Below, in pieces: positions 58,731-64,000 of a DNA stretch of 64,000 nucleotides. Both the position numbers and the translations under genes were made by a program. The stretch lies in assembly GCF_009914755.1 (NCBI RefSeq), contig NC_060929.1; one strand, written 5' to 3'. Position 1 is the stretch's first letter. The number at the start of each line of letters is the position of its first letter. The DNA comes from the human T2T-CHM13v2.0 reference genome, Homo sapiens. The notes below the pieces were generated by a model. It searched no databases and was not told the DNA's origin. It was given only the letters and a program-made list of their open reading frames with translations.

Positions 58731-61700
58731 CATTCCTTTCCATTCCACTCGAATACATTCCCTTCTATTCCACTCCGAATGATTCCATTCCATTCCATTC
58801 CATTCCATTCCATTTTGTTCCATTCCATTCTATTCCGTACCATTCCATTCCATTCCATTCATTTCCATTCCATGCCATTCCTCTCGGGTTGAATCTATTT
58901 CATTCCATTCTATTCTGGTTGATTCCATTCCACTCCATTCCATTCCATTCCATTGGATTCCATTGCAGTCGAGTTGATTCCATTCCATTCCATCCCATTC
59001 CATTCCATTCCATTCCATTCCATTCCATTCTATTCCATTCCATTCGGGATGATTCCATTCCATTCCATTCCATTCCATTCCATTCCACTCTGTCTGATTC
59101 AGTTCCATTCCTTTCCATTCCATGCGATTTGATTCCATTCCATTCTATTCAATTTCATTCCATTCCACGCCATACGATTCCATTCCATTCCATTCCATTA
59201 GGGTACATTCCATTCCATTCCACTCCATTCCATTCCATTCCATTCCATTCTTATAGATTCCATTCCATTCCTTTCCATTCCATTCCATTCCATTCCATTG
59301 CACTCGGGTTGATTCCATTCCTTTCCATTCCACTCGATTGCATTCACTTCCATTCCACTCGGAATGATACCGTTCCATTACATTCCATTCCATTGCATTC
59401 CATTCCAATCCATTCCATTCCATTCCATTACACCCGAGTTGATTCCACTTCACTCCATTCCATTCCATTCCATTCCTTTCCATTCCGTTCCATTCCATTC
59501 CATTCAATTCGGGTTGATTCTATTCAATTACTTTACACTCCATTCCATTCAATTTCATTACACACAATTCCATTTCATTGCATTCCGTTCCATTTGGGTT
59601 GAATCCATTTCATTCCATTTTGTTCCATTCCATTCTATTCCGTACCATTGCATTCCATTCATTTCCTTACCATTCCATGCCATTCCAATCAGGTTGATTC
59701 CATTTCATTCCTTTCTATTCGGGTTGATTCCATTCCATTCCATTCCATTCCATTCCATTCCATTCCATTCCATTCCGTTCCATTGCACTCGAGTTGATTC
59801 CATTCCATTCCATTCCATTCCATTTCATTCCTTTCCGTTTCATTCCACTCGGGTTGATTCCATTCTATTCCTTTCCATTCCATTCCTTTACCTTCCATTC
59901 CACTCGGGTTGATTCCATTCCTTTCTATTCCACTCCAATACATTCCCTTCTATTACTCTTGGAATGGTTCCATTCCATTCCATTCCATTCCATTCCATTC
60001 CATTCCATTCCATTCCATTCCGTTCCATTCCATTTCGTTCCATATCGTTCAATTCCATTCTATTCAGTACCATTCTATTCCATTCCATTCCATTGCATTC
60101 CATTCCATTCCATGCCATTCCACTCGGGTTGATTCCATTCCTTTCCACTCCATTCAGATTGAATCCATTCCTTTCCATTCCATTCCATTCCATTCTATTC
60201 CACTCCATTCCATTTGGGGTGATTCCATTCCATTTCATTCCATTCCATTCCATTCCATTCCATTCCATTCCACTCTGTTTGATTCTGTTCCATTCCATTC
60301 CATTCCACACGATTTGATTCCATTCCATTCTATTCCGTTTCATTCCTTTCCACGCCATAGGATTCCATTACATTCCATTCCACTCGGGTACATTCCATTC
60401 CATTCCATTCCATTCCATTCCATTCCATTCCATTCCGTTCCATTCCATTCCATTCTGGTAGATTCCATTCCATTCCATTCCATTCCATTCCATTCCATTC
60501 CATTCCATTCCATTCCATTCCATTCCATTACAATACATTACATTGCACTCAGGTTGATTCCATTCCTTTCCATTCCACTCGATTACATTCCCTTCCATTC
60601 CACTCGGAATGATTCCATTCCATTCCATTCCAATCCATTGCATTCCATTCCATTCCATTCCATTCCATTCCATTCCATTCCATTCCATTCCAATTGGGGT
60701 GAATCCATTCCATTCCATTTCGTTCCATTCCATTCTATTCCGTACCATTCCGTTCCATTCCATTCCAAGCCATTCCACTCGGGTTGATTCCTTTCCATTC
60801 CATTCCATTCGGGTTGATTATATTCCATTCCATTCCATTCCATTCCATTCCATTCCATTCCATTCCATTGCACTCGGGTTGATTCCATTCCATTCCACTA
60901 CATTCCATTCAATTCCATTCCATTCCACTCCATTCCATTCGGCATGATTCCATTCCATTCCATTCCATTCCATTCCCTTCCATTCCATTCCATTCCATTC
61001 CACTCCATTCCACTTGGGTTGATTCTATTCCATTCCTTTCCATTCCATTCCATTCCCTTCCATTCCACTCGTGTTGATTCCATTCCTTTCCATTCCACTG
61101 GATTACATTCCCTTCCTTTTCACTCGGAATGATTCCATTCAATTCCATTGCATTCCATTCCAATCGATTCCATTCCATTCCTTTCCACTCGAGTTGATTC
61201 AATTCCATTCCATTCCATTCCATTCCATTCTGTTCCATTCCATTCCTTTCCATTCCATTACATTCCATTCTATTCGGGTTGATTCTATTCAATTCCTTTA
61301 CCCTCCATTCCATTCAATTCCATTACACACAATTCCATTTCATTCCATTCCATTCCAATTGGGTTGAATCCATTTCATTCCATTTCGTTCCATTCCATTC
61401 TATTCCGTACCATTCAATCTCATTCCATTCCTTTCCATTCCATGCCATTCCACTGGGGTTGATTCCATTTCTTTCCATTCTATTCGTGTTGATTCCATTC
61501 CATTCCATCCCATTCCATTCCATTCCATTCCATTGCAATCGAGTTGATTCCATTTCATTCCATTCCATTCCATTCCATTGCATTCCATTCCATTCCTTTC
61601 CATTCCATTCCACTCGAGTTGATTCCATTCTATTCTTTTCCATTCCATTCCATTCCATTCCCTTCCATTCCACTCGGGATGATTCCATTCCTTTCCATTC

Positions 61701-62017
61701 CACTCGAATGCATTCCCTTCTATTCAACTGGGAATGATTCCATTCCATTCCATGGCATTCCATTCCATTCCATGCCATTCCACTCGGGTTGATTCCATTC
61801 CTTTCCACTCCATTCGGATTGAATCCATTCCTTTCCATTCCATTCCATTCCATTCTATTCCACTCCATTCCATTTGGGGTGATTCCATTCCATTTCATTC
61901 CATTCCATTCCATTCCATTCCATTCCATTCCATTCCATTCCACTTTGTTTGATTCTGTTCCATTCCATTCCATTCCACACGATTTGATTCCATTCCATTC
62001 TATTCCGTTTCATTCCT

Positions 62018-64000
62018 TTCCACTCGAATACATTCCTTCTATTCCACTCGGAATGATTCCACTCCATTCCATTCCATTCCATTTCGTTCCATTCCATACT
62101 ATTCCGTACCATTCCATTCCATTCCTTTCCATTCTATTCCATTCCATGCCATTCCACTCGGGTTGATTCCATTCCTTTCCATTCCATTCGGGTTGAATCC
62201 ATTCCATTCCATTCCATTCCATTCGATTCCATGCCATTGCACTCGGGTTGCTTCCATTCCATTGCATTCCATTCCACTCCATTGCATTCCATTCCATTAC
62301 AAACAATTCCATTGCATTCCTTTCCATTCCATCCCAATTGGGTTGAATGCATTCTATTCCATTTCCTTCCATTCTATTCTGTACCATTCCATTCCATTCC
62401 ATTGCATTCCGTTCCACTCCATTCCATTCGGGTTGATTCTATTCAATTCCTTTACACTCCATTCCATTCCATTCCATTCCACACAATTCCATTCCATTCG
62501 ATTAAATTCCAATTGGGTTGAATCCATTCCGTTCCATTTCGTTCCATTCCATTCTATTGCGTACCATTCCATTCCATTCCATTCCTTTCCATTCCATGCC
62601 ATTCCACTCGGGTTGATTCCATTTCATTCCATTCTGTTCGGGTTGATTCCATTCCATTCCATTCCATTCCATTCCATTCCATTCCATTGCACTCGAGTTG
62701 ATTCCATTCCATTCCATTCCATTCCATTCCATTCCATTCCATTCCACTCGGGTTGATTCCATTCTATTCTTTTCCATTCCATTCCATTCCCTTCCATTCT
62801 AGTCCGGTTGATTCCATTCTTTCCATTCCACTCGAAATCATTCCCTTTTATTCCACTCGGAATGATTGCACTCCATTCCATTCCATTCCATTCAATTTCG
62901 TTCCATTCCATTCCATTCCTTACCGTTCCATTCCACTCCATTCCATTCCATTCCATTCCATTCCATGCCATTCCACTCGGGTTGATTCCATTCCTTTCCA
63001 TTACATTCGGGTTGAATCCATTCCATTCCATTCCATTCCATTCGATTCCATTCCATTGCACTTGGGTTGATTCCCTTCCATTCTATTCCATTTCACTCCA
63101 TTCCATTCCATTCCACTCCATTCCATTCGGGATGATTCCATTCCATTCCATTCCATTCCACCCTGTATGATTCAGTTCCATTCCATTCGATTCCATGCGA
63201 TTTGATTCCATTCCATTCTATTCCGTTTCATTCCATTCCACGCCATACGATTCCATTCCATTCCAATCCATTCGGGTACATTCCACTGCATTTCATTCCA
63301 TTCCATTCCATTCCTTTCTGGTAGATTCCATTCCATTCCATTCCATTCCATTCCATTCCATTCCATTCCATTCCATTCCATTCCACTCGGGTTGATTCCA
63401 TTCCATACCTTTCCATTCCACTCCATTCCCTTCCATTCCACTCGGGTTGATTCCATTCGTTTCCAATCCATTGCATTACATTCCCTTCCATTCCACTTGG
63501 AATGATTCCTTTCAATTCCATTGCATTCCATTCCAATCCATTCCATTCCATTCCATTCCATTCCACTCGAGTTGATTCCATTCAATTCCATTCCATTCCA
63601 TTCCATTCCATTCCACTCGAGTTGATTCCATTCCATTCCATTCCATTCCATTCCATTCCATTCCATTCTATTCGTTTCCTTTCCATTCCATTCCACTCTG
63701 TTTTATTCAGTTCCATTCCATTCCATTCCACGCGATTTCATTCCATTCCATTCTATTCCGATTCATTCAATTCCAGGCCATAAGATTCCATTCCATTCCA
63801 TTCCAAAGGGGTACATTCCATTTCATTCCATTCAATTCCATTCCATTCCATTGAATTATGGTAGATTCCATTCCATTCCATTCCATTCCATTGCACTCGG
63901 GTTGATTCCATTCCTTTCCATTCCACTCGATTACATTCCCTTCCATTCCACTCGGAATGATTCCATTCCATTACATTCCATTCCATTGCATTCCATTCCA
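62018..64000 (+). repeat. Recent near-identical duplicate of 46569-48546; runs off the window end
   Basis: Identical ORF-track translations at offset 15449 (e.g. 46905/62354, 47175/62624, 47304/62753). I saw only one substitution (~62321) and one extra pentamer (~63335-63385). Confidence 0.95.

Larger units (their letters stand above)
1..64000 (+). repeat. Satellite III (HSat3) array: (CATTC)n with interspersed ACTCGGGTTG decamer; primate pericentromeric/acrocentric-type heterochromatin, C-rich strand on +
   Basis: CATTC pentamers run from the first base to the last. Hundreds of A(C/T)TCGGGTTG decamers occur in pentamer register, the classical Sat III signature. The HSat2 CATTCGATTC pattern is only sporadic. 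The + strand is strongly G-poor throughout. Confidence 0.98.

Noticed and set aside
96-63986. Hundreds of ORFs (FHSIP repeats on +, MEWNG repeats on -), up to 430 aa (16045-17337) and 363 aa (58511-59602)
   Set aside because: (CATTC)n has no stop codon in any of the six frames. The ORFs overlap in all frames, have no domain complexity, and begin and end at satellite variant words. These are artefacts, not genes or pentapeptide-repeat proteins.
1-64000. CRISPR-like array (recurrent ACTCGGGTTGATTCC words with intervening sequence)
   Set aside because: The intervening sequence is itself CATTC repeat of variable length, not unique spacers. There is no leader and there are no cas genes.
1-64000. 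HSat2, DYZ1, alpha satellite or telomeric repeat identity
   Set aside because: CATTCGATTC is only sporadic. I saw no regular 3.56-kb unit, no 171-bp monomers or CENP-B boxes, and no TTAGGG arrays.
1-64000. Inversion or embedded Alu/L1/ERV insertion
   Set aside because: No G-rich (GGAAT)n tract on the + strand, no poly-A tail and no non-satellite stretch longer than about 20 bp were seen.
1-64000. G-quadruplex or CpG island
   Set aside because: The - strand has mostly isolated GG dinucleotides, and GGG runs are sparse and far apart. GC content is low and the CpGs are dispersed.
1-64000. A novel coding, antigenic-variation or diversity-generating cassette system suggested by shuffled modules
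   Set aside because: No recombinase, reverse transcriptase or expression locus is present. Module shuffling is fully explained by ordinary satellite slippage, unequal exchange and conversion.

Overview
The whole 64-kb window is one uninterrupted, single-orientation block of classical human/hominoid Satellite III (HSat3). The + strand carries (CATTC)n pentamers, i.e. (GGAAT)n on the - strand, interspersed with the diagnostic decamer ACTCGGGTTG (CAACCCGAGT on the - strand) and many diverged derivatives of it. I found no genes, RNA genes, transposons, CRISPR arrays or inversions. All the listed ORFs are artefacts of a pentamer that contains no stop codon (FHSIP/MEWNG repeats). I cannot support a new protein-coding system here. 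The real signal is nested architecture: a fixed order of decamer-derived modules, many tandem duplications of 50 bp to 2.2 kb, a degenerate ~13-14 kb super-period, a sequence-distinct sub-domain at ~52-62 kb, and a very recent near-identical duplication at offset 15,449 bp with a resolvable junction at ~62,020. Boundaries and offsets were read by eye from diagnostic variants and matching ORF-track entries, so they are approximate except where stated.
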